This document shows, in pieces, positions 12,586 through 24,365 of a stretch of DNA of 64,000 bases. The DNA comes from Haliotis cracherodii (Eukaryota): the NCBI RefSeq assembly GCF_022045235.1, contig NW_027266343.1:51680134-51744133 (forward strand). The letters are read 5' to 3'. The position numbers were made by a program, and so were the translations under genes. Under the pieces are notes generated by a model. That model saw only the letters and a list, made by a program, of their open reading frames with translations, was not told the DNA's origin and did not search any database. The stretch's first letter is position 1. Each line of letters starts with the position of its first letter.

Positions 12586-13717
12586 TTTGATAAGTCACTT
12601 GCTTGGTAATTGTGGTAATTTTTGTTTACACTATTACACTTGCAACACAAAGTAAATATTTCTCCTGAGCATTGCTTATTTTATCGTGTTTATATTTTTA
12701 CAATGAAAACGTGGAACATTTTCACCTAGGAAATTTATTAAACGTCTGAATATTCAGTTATTTTACAAATTGACTGAAAAATATGTCCATCTGTATGATT
12801 ATGACAACGAATTCCAAACTTTTTTATGTTTAATATTATCACCTAGAGACCGAAAATGTTACGATGAAAAGTGCATTTCTATATTGTTTGGTTTTTCTAA
12901 TCCTACCTAATAATCTATTGAGATGTTTTAGGTCGTCTTTTGATCGTCTTAATCAATTTTAGTCAATCTGTTAAAAAAATGGACATTTTTCATTCAAAAT
13001 GACTGTAATATATACACATTTTATGAATTGCCTGAGAGAATCACATTTTACAAATTGACTGTAACATATAGACGCTTACAAAGGAAAAGACTTGTGAAAA
13101 CAACGTCTATCACGCATCGAAGAATTTCCCAACCAAGACGTAGAGGAAGAAGAATGAATCTGTCCAATGGTACAATAATGAAGGAAAACAATAGGCAAAT
13201 ATCAAAATTACAACCTACCAAATTTATGTATATAATTTTAGGCAGCTTCCTTGTTCGAGGAATGTATCCGTGAATATCCACACAAAGGAACAATGTCCCA
13301 CACGTCTGCAGCTGTACAAAGAAACTTATTTGATGCCCCGTGTCTCTGTAACAATCAAATATTTTAAAATATATATATATATATATATCGTGTGGGGATA
13401 TTATAATCAGTGTTCGTTTTTCGTAAATGTTGCTTCTTTAGAACAACACATGTACTTTAAGTTTAGAAGATACTTGAGTCGATTAGTTATGGCATGTTTG
13501 GATGTTCAGCAAAATATTGCACCACGAACATTTCGTATAGTAGTACTGATACAGGTGTCCTCTGCAAAGATTTGTCGACAATCTTGTAAGAAACTCCATT
13601 CTCTTTCAAAGCTGATGCCAAGTTCCTCATGGCCTGGGTTCCAATTCCTGTTTCACTCCGATTATGATCCTTGGTCTGTCAAAGACCATTCCCATGCTTG
13701 TAGGTTTCACCAACCCA

Positions 13718-13975
13718 TTCTTGTCATAAGGACTTAGCAGAATCGGGTGGTCAGACTGTGACTTGGTTGATGTATGTCATTGTATCCCAATTGCGTAGAT
13801 CGATGCTGATGGTGTCAATCACTGGATTTTCTGGTCCAGACTAGATTATTTACAGACTGCAGTCATATAGCTGGAAAATTGCTGAGTGAGGTGTTGAACG
13901 ACAAACAAAAGAACAACTGAAACAGCTGGAATATTAACTAGTGTGGCGTTAAACAACATTCAAACAAACAAATCT
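13718..13975 (+). mobile_element. SINE family B copy
   Basis: cttgtcataagg...gggtggtcag...cttggttgatgtatgtcat...cccaattgcgtagatcgatgctgatg...caatcactggatt...ctggaatatt...ggcgttaaacaacattcaaacaaac. Confidence 0.75.
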
Positions 13976-14019
13976 TAAAACATCACTGGTATAGTGTTCA
14001 TCCAACTCATCACTCATAG

Positions 14020-14235
14020 ACTATAATAAGCTGGTTTGTTGTTTAACACCATGTTCAGCAATATTCCAGCAACAATGTAAATAATAAGGTCTGAACCAGA
14101 CAATCCAGTGATTGAAATCACTAGCAGAAACCACACTGTTGGGGTACGATGGCATGCAACCAGCAGAGTCAGTATGCCTGGCCACATGATCTCGTAAGTT
14201 GCCTTGCGTCCAGCTAAGGTTGCTAAAGTACTCAC
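14020..14235 (-). mobile_element. SINE family B copy, diverged, inverted relative to 13718-13975
   Basis: The reverse complement aligns to the family-B body (…caatcactggattgtctggttcagacc…gctggaatattgctgaacatggtgttaaacaacaaaccagc). Confidence 0.65.
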
Positions 14236-15426
14236 GGAAATGAAAAAAAACTTTTTTCGATCTCAGATTTTAAATAAATGCAGTTAATATACAAAATATA
14301 TTAATATTCAAACAACTAAATGAGTACTTATTGGGCCTTGGCACAAATACAGCGTATCAAAGGTTTTTATGTCTTTTTACACGTAAAAGTGTGTAAAAAT
14401 ATGAACAAAACAGACGATTGTGAAACTGAGCATAACCAGGTGTTAGTAGATCAAGGTGAATGTCCATGACCTATGACACCTTGACGACAGGTGAAAACAT
14501 GTGCTTGAAACCCACGTGCATGTGATTTGTCAGAGGTTATTGATTTGTGAGTGGCATTGTGGGATAGTGAATCATCGTCAAAATATCAGAACGTAAAAGT
14601 AACATATTCCCTTCTCAAACAACAACTTACATGTCATTATTATTATGTACATAAACATAGCTGTTATTGTTATTGTTGTTTGGATAACTTTTTTTCCCAG
14701 GCTAATTTGCATAATGCCTATAGCCTGTTTCTGCCATGTCAATTTGGACTTAGTTTTATTTTTGAATGTTGAAAGTGCCTACAAATTACCTCCTGTAAAG
14801 TACATTTTGTATCGAGCACTGAGATAAAACTAGCAAATCCAGACTAGTACTGTTTCAGTTGTTTTGTTATTTCGTATTTACATCTACATAATGCTTTGTG
14901 TCGATTATTAAATCCAGCAAAACAGTTTTTTTTCATTTCCAAGAGTACTTTAGGGACCTATTCTGACCTATTCTGACTTGGAATCTCCAGGTGGCAATGA
15001 GCTGTTCAGTGATTGTGAGCAGATATACTTTATTCGACGTTGAGCTCAGTGCACTCTCAAAATTGGAAATTGTGGGCTCTTATTAGAATATAATTTTGGT
15101 GAAAGTGTTGAAAGATCGTAAATTTTCGTGGTTTACGCTGACAGCCTGAAATGATACAATAGAAAAGTGTGTGCGTATTATACATGACAGATATATTTTT
15201 CCAGAATTTAATTGCCCTTAATTAAGGGTGCATAAAACACGTGAGTGCGTATTAAACACGAATAAATAAGTCTTGTGAAAATGGATCACTCAAAAGGGTG
15301 CTAATTGGGATTGTTCACTAGCCAATATATCAGCAAATATCAGAGTGGGCTTTTATTAGAGCAGGGCGCTTATTACGTCGAATACAGTATGTTGTTAGTT
15401 AGTTCCTATATTTCTCTGTGTTGCAG

Positions 15427-16213
15427 GTATGGTGTGAGAGCCATCGATGAATACAAAGAGAACCTGAAGACCCTGTTCCGGCGGTTCAAGGAGGTGCTGC
15501 CTGCTGACTGTCTGGTCATCTGGAACACCACTCTTCCCATTTCAAAGAATGCAAGGGGAGGTTTCATTATTCCTGAGATTGAATTCATGAACTCCACTCT
15601 GCGTTTGGACATCCTGGAAGCCAACTATTATGCAGCCAAGGTCGTGGTTGAAAACGACTTCGATGTCCTTGATCTGCATTACTTCCTGCGTTATCAGCTT
15701 CACCGTCGTGCCGATGACGGCATACACTGGGACATGACGGCTCACCGGCGCATGACCAACCTGCTGCTAACTCACATCTCGGATGCCTGGGGCTTTCTTC
15801 TCCCTGGTAACGTCCAGAAAAACCAGGAAAAGAACCCAGAGGTATTCCGATTTGGAAGTAACACCATTCCTTCCCGAGCTTTGAACAGGCAGGAACAAGG
15901 TCTTCGGTCCCAACGTCGCCCACTCAATCTTGACGTGAACCGTATGTTGAAGGACATCAACCCCATGAACATCAACCGCGGCACTCTGAACAGACAGATA
16001 ATGGACACCAACAGGAAGCTGAGAAACGATTGTGGGTACAGCCGCAGCATGGAGGACAACAGCTACGCGACAGACCTTGGATCCAGGGACAACTTCCAGT
16101 GGCAGCCGTACAGCAACAACAACTTCGAACAAACGGCTCGGCATGTGGACTTCAACCGTTGTCGGTACCAACCTTACAATGGTGTACAGAGGCGCCGGAT
16201 CAGGCGGCAGTGA
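15427..16213 (+). CDS. PCED1: PCED1-like terminal coding exon: (R)YGVRAIDEYKENLKTLFRRFKEVLPADCLVIWNTTLPISKNARGGFIIPEIEF...DFDVLDLHYFLRYQLHRRADDGIHWDMTAHRRMTNLLLTHISDAWGF..., followed by an Asn/Arg/Gln-rich C-terminal tail of about 140 aa; stop TGA at 16211-16213
   Basis: The acceptor is ttgcag|g with phase 2 in. The junction codon ag+g gives Arg, which reproduces the ...SRYG... motif. Conserved motifs are present: FDVLDLHF, DG(I/V)HW (the catalytic Asp/His of an SGNH hydrolase), and LLLTH(I/V)ADAWG. Confidence 0.85.
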
Positions 16214-16904
16214 TTGGTGAAAGCGCCAGACATTATGAGACATAATCACCACACATTATCAGACATTATCACCAAATATTATCAGACATTGTGATAACAT
16301 GATTTGCATTTAACTCATAGAGCTCCAGATAAGCTTTTGGTGTTGTGGGTATTTTACTCATGCATTTTAAAATCATTGGGTATCAGTAATTCTATCTGCT
16401 TATTCAAATTTCTGTTACCCACTAGTTTTTACACGTGGGTATTTAAGTTAAATATTTAAAAACACTATTCATCTAGTCCCTGCAAACTGGTGTCATGGGG
16501 GTTCGAGAGCTTTATAGGACTCAAAAATACCACGATACTTCCACAGTGTGATGGCAAATGATCATGATGTAACTGTCATCGTGGAGTTTGGCAAGGTTGA
16601 CAGAATGCCCGTTTATAATTTCAAAATAAGTTGCTGATTTCCTAATCGAATCCGCAGGGTTACTTCACAATATTTTGATGATACGCACAAGTTTTATTTT
16701 TGTAGCGTATCTGTAATGTTCGTTGCGTATTTGATACGCTTGGATTATATTTTACTGTGTATTTCTGCATTTCTGATGCGTATTTCACGCAGATACGCTG
16801 CTTATCTGGAGCTCTGAACTCAGGCTTTTGCATCTGGTGCAAGCCTGCTTGCCTGTCAGTGCCTTGGCTATATATTGGGTTCATGAGATTCCTGCTGTCA
16901 AGAT

Positions 16905-16930
16905 CGGGGGGGGGGGGGGGGGGGGGGGAT
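16905..16930. repeat. Homopolymer of 26 G
   Basis: gatcggggggggggggggggggggggggggatg, about 700 bp downstream of the PCED1 stop codon. Confidence 0.9.
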
Positions 16931-17934
16931 GTTGTTTCAGCGTTTCCTCAAGTTATAGTGCTAAATATAACTGAAAGCGTTCATGAAAAAGGTGGCAGTA
17001 CAGTCTACAGTCTGGGATTTAAATAATAATGTATGATTTACAGAAGTTTTTATGAACAGGTGACATGGGTTGGTTAAAATATTGTGTGTGTGTGTTTGTA
17101 TGACATTGTATGTGTTGATCAGGTTAACATGGTAGTGGATAAACCTGTGTTTATCTCTACCATTACAGGTGTTCAATTATCTGCGAGAAAGGCTTGTATT
17201 GAATGTGTTGTGTTTGCCTTTGCCTGAGACAACAGGTGTACTATGCATTTGAACCGTTAATGTAACAAAATTGACAGTTAACATGTTCTTGCATTTGTCC
17301 TTGAAACTTTTCTTTCCTATCCATCAAAATTAGAGTGGACAGGTAAATAAAAAAGTTTCATGGTTTAAAGGTAGCCTGTCACAAGTCTGTGAATATATCA
17401 GTTTCTGCCTTCGTTAGAATAAAAGATGAATTATTTTAAGAATTTTCATCAATAGTGAATTATTTCTTCAAGGAACAAAGTGTTTGGACCTTGTTGGCTA
17501 TTTCAGTTTGGCACAGTGTTATTTCTGACAATTGTTCCTGTGAATTAGATGCTGTCACATTTTTGAAATATACAGTCAGTCCCCTTGGCCTATTCACCAC
17601 AAGTAGGCAGACCGTGATGCCTGTTGGGAATGGGGCCAAAGGGAGAGAACTCACCTACTGCTTGCGGTGATGTTCCTTTTGACAATGGTTTCATGAATAT
17701 AGGGTTCAGTGTATGAGACCCCACAATACCTGATGTTGGATCTTGGCATTTGTCAACATTTTAGAAACAGTATCACCTCAATTTTTTGGTATCACAGTAA
17801 TCCTGCTCTACTGCTGTAGAACACTACTTGTGAATTGGAGCTGTCCTTACAAAGATTAAGAAGTAAATAAATTGATCTCTTTTCCACCATGGCTTTGTCT
17901 GTTTCAGGATTATTGTCAAATGAGTGTGTTAGTG

Positions 17935-18065
17935 ATTGAATGTTGTTTTGTACAGCAGTCGGCAATAATCCAGCAATATGATGGCGGTCTGTATTTTGAG
18001 AATGTAAAAACAATCCTGTGATTGACATCACCAGGGTTGATCTAACCAACTGATAGGCCAGGACA
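17935..18065 (-). mobile_element. SINE family B internal fragment
   Basis: cggcaataatccagcaatatgatggcggtctgt and atcctgtgattgacatcaccagggttgatc match the reverse complement of the family-B body. Confidence 0.5.
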
Positions 18066-18089
18066 TGCATTGAACTGAGTCACACAGCC

Positions 18090-19650
18090 TTCTTTCTCTT
18101 TCTCTTTCTAGCTTTTTCTCTTTACACATCACTTCTTGTCTTCACACATCACTTCTGGTCTTCACGCAACACGTCTGTCCCACTTCACTCATCACTTCTG
18201 TCCCAGTTCACACAACACTTCTGTCCCACTTCACACATCACTTCTGTCCCACTTCACACATCACTTCTGTCCCACTTCACACAACACTTCTATCCCACTT
18301 CACACAACACTTCTGTCCCACTTCACACATCACTTCTGTCCCACTTCACACAACACTTCTGTCCCAGTTCACACATCACTTCTGACCCACTTCACACAAC
18401 ACTTCTGTCCCACTTCACACAACACTTCTGTCCCACTTCACACATCACTTCTTGTCTTCACACATCACTTCTGGTCTTCACGCAACACGTCTGTCCCACT
18501 TCACTCATCACTTCTGTCCCAGTTCACACAACACTTCTGTCCCACTTCACACATCACTTCTGTCCCACTTCACACATCACTTCTGTCCCACTTCACACAA
18601 CACTTCTGTCCCAGTTCACACATCACGTCTGTCCCACTTCACACATCACTTCTGTCCCACTTCACACAACACTTCTGTCCCACTTCACACAACACTTCTG
18701 TCCCACTTCACACATCACTTCTGTCCCACTTCACACAACACTTCTGTCCCACTTCACACAACACTTCTGTCCCACTTCACACAACACTTCTGTCCCACTT
18801 CACTCATCACTTCTGTCCCACTTCACACATCACTTCTGTCCTACTTCACTCATCACTTCTGTCCCACTTCACACAACACTTCTGCCCCACTTCACACAAC
18901 ACTTCTGCCCTTACTTCACACAACACTTCTGCCCCACTTCACACAACACTTCTGTCCCACTTCACTCATCACGTCTGTCCCACTTCACACATCACTTCTC
19001 TCCCACTTCACACATCACTTCTGTCCCACTTCACACATCACTTCTGTCCCACTTCACACATCACTTCTGTCCCACTTCACACATCACTTCTGTCCCACTT
19101 CACACAACACGTCTGTCCCACTTCACACAACACTTCTGTCCCACTTCACACATCACTTCTGGTCTACACACATCACTTCTGTCCCACTTCACTCATCACT
19201 TCTGTCCCACTTCACACATCACTTCTGTCCCACTTCACACAACACTTCTGTCCCACTTCACACAACATTTCTGTCCCACTTCACACAACACTTCTGTCCC
19301 AGTTCACACATCACTTCTTTCCCACTTCACACATCACTTCTGTCCCACTTCACACAACACTTCTGTCCCACCTCACACATCACTTCTGTCCCACTTCACA
19401 CAACACTTCTGTCCCACTTCACTCATCACTTCTGTCCCACTTCACACATCACTTCTGTCCCACTTCACACATCACTTCTGTCCCACTTCACACATCACTT
19501 CTGTCCCACTTCACACAACACTTCTGTCCCACTGTATACAACACTTCTGCCCCACTTCACACAACACTTCTGTCCCAGTACACATCACTTCTGTCCCACT
19601 CCACACATCACTTCTGACCCGTTTCTCACATCACTTCTGGCTCACTAATG
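18090..19650. repeat. Satellite with a 23-bp unit (CACTTCACACAWCACTTCTGTCC), about 65 copies, with a higher-order duplication of about 315 bp
   Basis: Perfect periodicity. The block 18126-18440 repeats at 18441-18790. The ORF-track 493-aa and 398-aa His-rich 'proteins' are repeat artefacts. Confidence 0.9.
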
Positions 19651-19689
19651 TAACTCGACTCTGTTGACTTCTGTTGTCAACCATTGCCG

Positions 19690-20210
19690 GAACAGGGTCA
19701 TCAGTGGCAATGAACAATTCTGTCCGTCGCCAATGTATCACCGCGCTCACGGAACTGAGCCTACAGCATCACTAACGGGATCGGGTGGTCAGGCTCGCTG
19801 ACTTGGTTGAAGCATGTCATCGATCCCAATTGCGTGGATCGATGCTCATGATATCAATCACTGGATTGTCTGGTCCAAACTCGATTATGTACAGACAGCC
19901 GTCATTTAGCTGGAATATTGCTGAGTGCGGCGTAAAACAACAAACAAACCAACCAGCCAACAGCAGGACTATATGGACATTTTACTCCGCTTCTATTATT
20001 ATTCTATCCGTTAATGCATGCCCGCGCTGACGGAAATATGAGCCTTCAGGACAATTATATAGACATTTTACCCCGCTTCATTTACACTTCTGTCCTTCGT
20101 CAATGTATCACCGCGCTAACGGAACAGTAAGCCCACAGCGCAACTATATAGACATTTTACTCCACTTCAATTACACTGTCTTATCACCCACACTGCATAG
20201 CTGGACAATA
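19690..20210. repeat. Tandem repeat of about 115 bp, about 3 units, interrupted by a SINE-B insertion
   Basis: tctgtccgtcgccaatgtatcaccgcgctcacggaac...ctatatggacattttactccgct recurs at 19720, 20040 and 20090. The unit contains ttacacttctgtcc, related to the adjacent 23-bp satellite. Confidence 0.7.
19770..19970 (+). mobile_element. SINE family B copy
   Basis: actaacgggatcgggtggtcaggctcgctgacttggttgaagcatgtcatcgatcccaattgcgtggatcgatgctcatgatatcaatcactggattgtctggtcc...gctggaatattgctgagtgcggcgtaaaacaacaaacaaaccaacc. Confidence 0.8.
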
Positions 20211-21974
20211 TAGAGAACACGTGCCTTCACCCTCCAATGGACCATGAGGTTTATATTCATGCAGATGGTCAGCACAGAGGCTCAGTACGTAGGGTTTGCT
20301 CTTTTAAAACATATCACTTCTGGCACACTTCACTTATTACTTCCCTACAAATTTGGATAGACCCTATCGCGGGGCAAGCTGTGTTACAATCCTTTATGCA
20401 AAAAAACCCTCTTTAAAAAAAGAATCGTTAAGGGTTACCTGTTGATTCTTAATGTAATAAAAAAAAATACATTTAGAGTAAGGCGACACTTTTTTTATTT
20501 CTTGGTTTACGGATTTCAAACTCATTTCAAAAGTGAGGCAGGCCAACTTAAAAAAAAGGAAAGCCTCACATTTTAAAAAACCCCAACTTTTTAAAAGTAA
20601 TTTTGTCCTAAAAAGTTAGGAAGGTATGAAAAGAATTATCCTGGCGTAACAAAAGTAAAATAACTAATTTTTTCAAGAACATTTTATTATATCCCTGGCA
20701 CTCAGCTTGTGCACAAATGGCAACATAACAATATTCATGTCATGGTTGAAAATGCATGATAGACGCTGCTATTTTGGCAGCATGGGCAACGTTTAACTCT
20801 TTCAACACCAGCCAACCAGAAGATTACTGCTGTGACACCAAGTTCCTCTATCTGCTGAAATTAACATCTTTGCTACTACATGTTTGGCCATACACTATTT
20901 GAAACGTCTAAAAAATCCTATCGTTTATAAATATGAAAGTTATGTGTATTACATTATTTAAATAATTCATTAACAACTAAATAAAGTTCGTTTTGAATAA
21001 AAAATAATGTAAGCTAAAACATTCATAACGTCCAGATTAAGGACCAATGATTTTTTCGGCAAATATAAGAATTCTTAAAATCCACTTACCTATTTTTTTT
21101 TTATTTTCATTTGTTTACGTTGTTGGAACATTATTTTAAAAGAATTACAAATAATATCTGTCATCACCCATTTCCCGATGATAGTGGCTGTCCGCTCACT
21201 AACATGAGGAAATACCTCCGTTTTCAAAGCTTCGTATGAATAACACATACGTCGAAGGCTGCCATGTCAGTATACATTAAAAAAACTTATATTGTTTCAC
21301 CGACAAAATCTGCTCTTGAATGAATACACGTTTGGTTCTGTAATTAATATGAATCAAATTCGGTTTCTTTTTTTTGGTAAATAGTAATCGTAGTTATAGC
21401 CTTACAAAGGTAGACCCGAGCCAGCACAACGGGGTGACATACACACGCCCTGGTTTTCAAGCTCGAGTTTCCATGTACGCTTCCAAAGGCCAAACTCGTA
21501 ACAGTAATGAGTGGCCATTTGTAAAAAGCATATTAAAAATCCGCACCCTCATGTATACTGCCTGGTTGCGAGTTTGACAATGAGAATATATCATTACCCG
21601 CAAGAAAATTCTTTTCACAAGGGGAAGTGCATAAAAAATGTATACACCTATTGTGGTACATGTAGTACACGCAGGAAACACTGGTGAAATATTAAATATT
21701 TAATGAGAAAGCGTTTCAGGAATAACATCCACTTTACAAAAGAATAATTGTAGGGATAAACTATTTTTGGAATCTGTTTGTTCTATATATAGCCATCTAG
21801 AAGGTAAAGGAAAATATATTTACTCGGAATTTGAAATTTCGGTGGGGTCAGATAAAATTTTATTAGAAAGTTTAAGAGTGCAAGTGTTCAAACAGGATAA
21901 GTGATCAAATGGAACCCGGAAAGTCTGCTCGCCATTAACACAATTTTGCTGAGATAAGATTTTTTTGTCATAAA

Positions 21975-22318
21975 GAGGTGAGGTGAAATTGGGTTTAACG
22001 TCGCATTCAAGATTATTGCACTCATACAGCGACGCGTGTGTGTGTGGCTGCTTGTACTAGTCCGGACTGATGCCGATTTATAGTGCTAGCTCACTGAGAT
22101 ACCATGCCGCAGTTTAACATGAATATCCCACTCAGACACAGCATACTGACTCCGAGCCGACCAGTCCTTGTTTTAGCCCCTTTATGCCGAACGCTAGGCA
22201 GGGTAACAACAAGTACCATGTTTTAACGTCTTTTGGTATGACGGGGTCGGGAATCGAACACCGGACCTTCCGCTCTCCGGGCGAACGCTCTACCACTAGA
22301 CCACGGAGGCGCTCTTGT
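21975..22318 (-). mobile_element. SINE family D, full-length, with tRNA-like head
   Basis: The reverse complement reads GCGCCTCCGTGGTCTAGTGGTAGAGCGTTCGCCCGGAGAGCGGAAGGTCCGGTGTTCGATTCCCGACCCCGTCA... with boxes A and B. The body is homologous to 27296-27560. The tail is ...TTGAATGCGACGTTAAACCC. Confidence 0.75.
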
Positions 22319-22689
22319 CTTAAAGAGATATGTACCATTAGAATCAAGTACTTTCAACAAAACAAAGTTAAAATAAAGACATAATACTTTCGCTTACATT
22401 AAAAGATTTAAATTTACGCGTAATAGTAATATTTGTTGACATTTCTTAAAAATAAAATCTGTGTTACCAGTCCACTTAAGCGTATTGTCCATGATTGTGC
22501 AAAGATACTTTCAGTATTCAGTCATAATTGCCACATACGCACTATTTATCTCCGCTGGTGCAATATACTTTTCTTGCAACTGAAATAAAAAATAAGTTCT
22601 TTGTTCTTGCACATTTAACCGCAATTGAGGTAATTGTCTTTAATTAGGTTTTGTGTATTCTTATATTCCAACTTTTTATCATTCAATCT

Positions 22690-22880
22690 TCAGTCCAGGG
22701 GTAGCTTAGCTGATCCATATAATTGGTTGATGCATGTCATCTATCCCAATTGCGTGGATCGATGCTCATGATGTCAATCACTGGATTGTCTGGTCCAGAC
22801 TCGATTATTAACAGACCGCCGTCATATAGCTGGAATATTGCTGAATGCGACGTTAAACATCACACTAACAAACAAACATA
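22690..22880 (+). mobile_element. SINE family B copy
   Basis: ...ttggttgatgcatgtcatctatcccaattgcgtggatcgatgctcatgatgtcaatcactggattgtctggtccagactcgattattaacagaccgccgtcatatagctggaatattgctgaatgcgacgttaaacatcacactaacaaacaaac. Confidence 0.8.
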
Positions 22881-23229
22881 GAGATAAGAAGCGAAACTCG
22901 CTAATTCAATAACTTTGTTATGTGAGAGCATCCATAATGTTACTGTTCGTATGATCCATATTAGTGTATATAGATAAGAAGCAAAATTAGTTGAGAGCAT
23001 CCATAATACAACTGACAGTTCCTGTTCGTAAGAAACTGCTGTTTTCACCGACTTGAACCTGTCGAGAAACGCCCGTTTCAAATCCGACTACGACTGATGC
23101 TCAGGTGCTCATGAAAATACTTTTGTTTAACCATAAATAACGCCTAGGCAACGTTTAAGCGTCGAGGGTATGCTGCAAACAGGACTGGCGCTAAACGTAG
23201 TTGCCAGACATTCAATACAATCACAATAC

Positions 23230-23600
23230 AATCTACAGCAGGAAACACTCATGACTTGACACGGGCCGGTCGTCCACGTGTGAAGTCACGTCAACAAGAC
23301 AACCATATTCGGTTGGTGCATCTATGGGATCGATACGAAACTGCCATATTAACAACTCGGACAATTCCTTGTTGAGAGAAATTAGTGTCAGAACCGCACG
23401 TAACCGGTCGAGGGAGCATAACATCCGGTTCCGACTTCCAGCGATACGCTATATTTTGTGTTCGCGTCCCCGTCAGCATGGTGTAGACAATATCTGAGGT
23501 ACCGAAGACAAGACTGGGACAGTATACTGTTCACTGATGAGTCCAGAGTCCACAAAGCGATCTTAGCGCTTGGACTATTGTAAGCCTATGTTAAAGTATG
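23230..23600 (+). mobile_element. Tc1-like transposase fragment (pseudogene)
   Basis: The frame-shifted translation gives ...HDLTRAGRPRVKSRQQDNHIRLVHLWDRYETAILTTRTIP... and ...RYLRYRRQDWDSILFTDESRV..., which are the classic Tc1 HTH-linker and catalytic N-terminus. Confidence 0.6.
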
Positions 23601-23961
23601 GGAGTTATCTTAGCGCTAAGATCGCATTGTGCAAGTGGGCAAAGGTTACATCTGGTTAGCTCTGAAGGTCGAAGAACGACAGGCGTCCAGGTGAACGTTT
23701 TAACTACGCTTGTGTAACGTAACCTCGTCTGTTTGGGGCTGGAAGTTGCACGTGTTGTCACAGACATTTATGTACTGTCATGACCGGCTGTTTCTTCAGA
23801 CCTATCCACCATAGAACATGCCTGGGATTGGATAGAACAACGCCAAACGACAGAACCAGAACCAACCGGTAACGCTAGCTTAGATGGGCTTATCTTTGGG
23901 TCACATTTGGGACAACACCCCCAGGCTGTTTTCAGTCATCTGATGTCTTCCAAGAACCACC

Positions 23962-24123
23962 GGGGGCGGTCGGGTAGCCTAGTGGATAAAGCGTTCGCTC
24001 GTCACGCCGAAGACCGGGTTCGATTCCCGACATGGGTACAATGTGTGAAGCCCAGTGGTGTCCCCCGCCGTGATATTGCTGGAATATTGTTAAAAGCGGC
24101 GTAAAACCAAACTCACTCACTCA
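23962..24123 (+). mobile_element. tRNA-derived SINE family C copy
   Basis: gggcggtcgggtagcctagtggataaagcgttcgctcgtcacgccgaagaccgggttcgattcccgacatgggtaca...tgctggaatattgttaaaagcggcgtaaaaccaaactcactcactcac. Confidence 0.8.
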
Positions 24124-24124
24124 C

Positions 24125-24365
24125 AACATGTGTAAATAACATAAAAGAATGGCAACGTCAAAGCTGTTTGAGGGTATTCCTGCAAAGCATCTGAGAGTAA
24201 GCACGCGTAAATAACATAAAAGAATGGCAATGTCAAGCTATTTGAGGGTATATTCCTGCAGAGCATCTGAGAGTAAGCACGTGTAAATAACGTAAAAGAA
24301 TGGCAATGTGAAAGCTGTTTGAGGGTATTCCTGCAAAGCATCAGAGAGTAAACACTTTTGTTTTC
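24125..24365. repeat. Tandem repeat of about 75 bp, 3 copies
   Basis: gtaaataacataaaagaatggcaa(c/t)gt(c/g)aaagctgtttgagggtattcctgcaaagcatctgagagtaagcacg occurs three times. Confidence 0.85.

Noticed and set aside
13270-13737. 155-aa ORF in PCED1 intron 3
   Set aside because: It is AT-rich and low-complexity (it contains an (AT)n run), has no recognisable motifs and no splice context, and lies inside a well-supported intron.
15585-16252. Antisense ORFs (112, 161 and 95 aa) and same-strand alternative-frame ORFs (71 and 62 aa) overlapping the PCED1 terminal exon
   Set aside because: They lie opposite to, or out of frame with, a strongly supported conserved coding exon. GC-rich coding sequence commonly leaves such ORFs open.
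18136-19648. ORF-track 'proteins' of 493 aa and 398 aa, His/Ser/Thr-rich, in two frames
   Set aside because: They are entirely contained in the 23-bp tandem satellite. The amino-acid sequence is a 23-residue repeat (3 x 23 nt). There are no start or splice signals, and it is open in more than one frame.
23962-24040. tRNA-like sequences (box A / box B, GGTTCGATTCC) at 23962, 47553, 27296, 22250, 4300, 35053 and elsewhere, as possible tRNA genes
   Set aside because: Each is the head of a multi-copy SINE continuing into a non-tRNA body. The 5' and 3' ends do not form an acceptor stem, and there is no discrete 72-90-nt cloverleaf.
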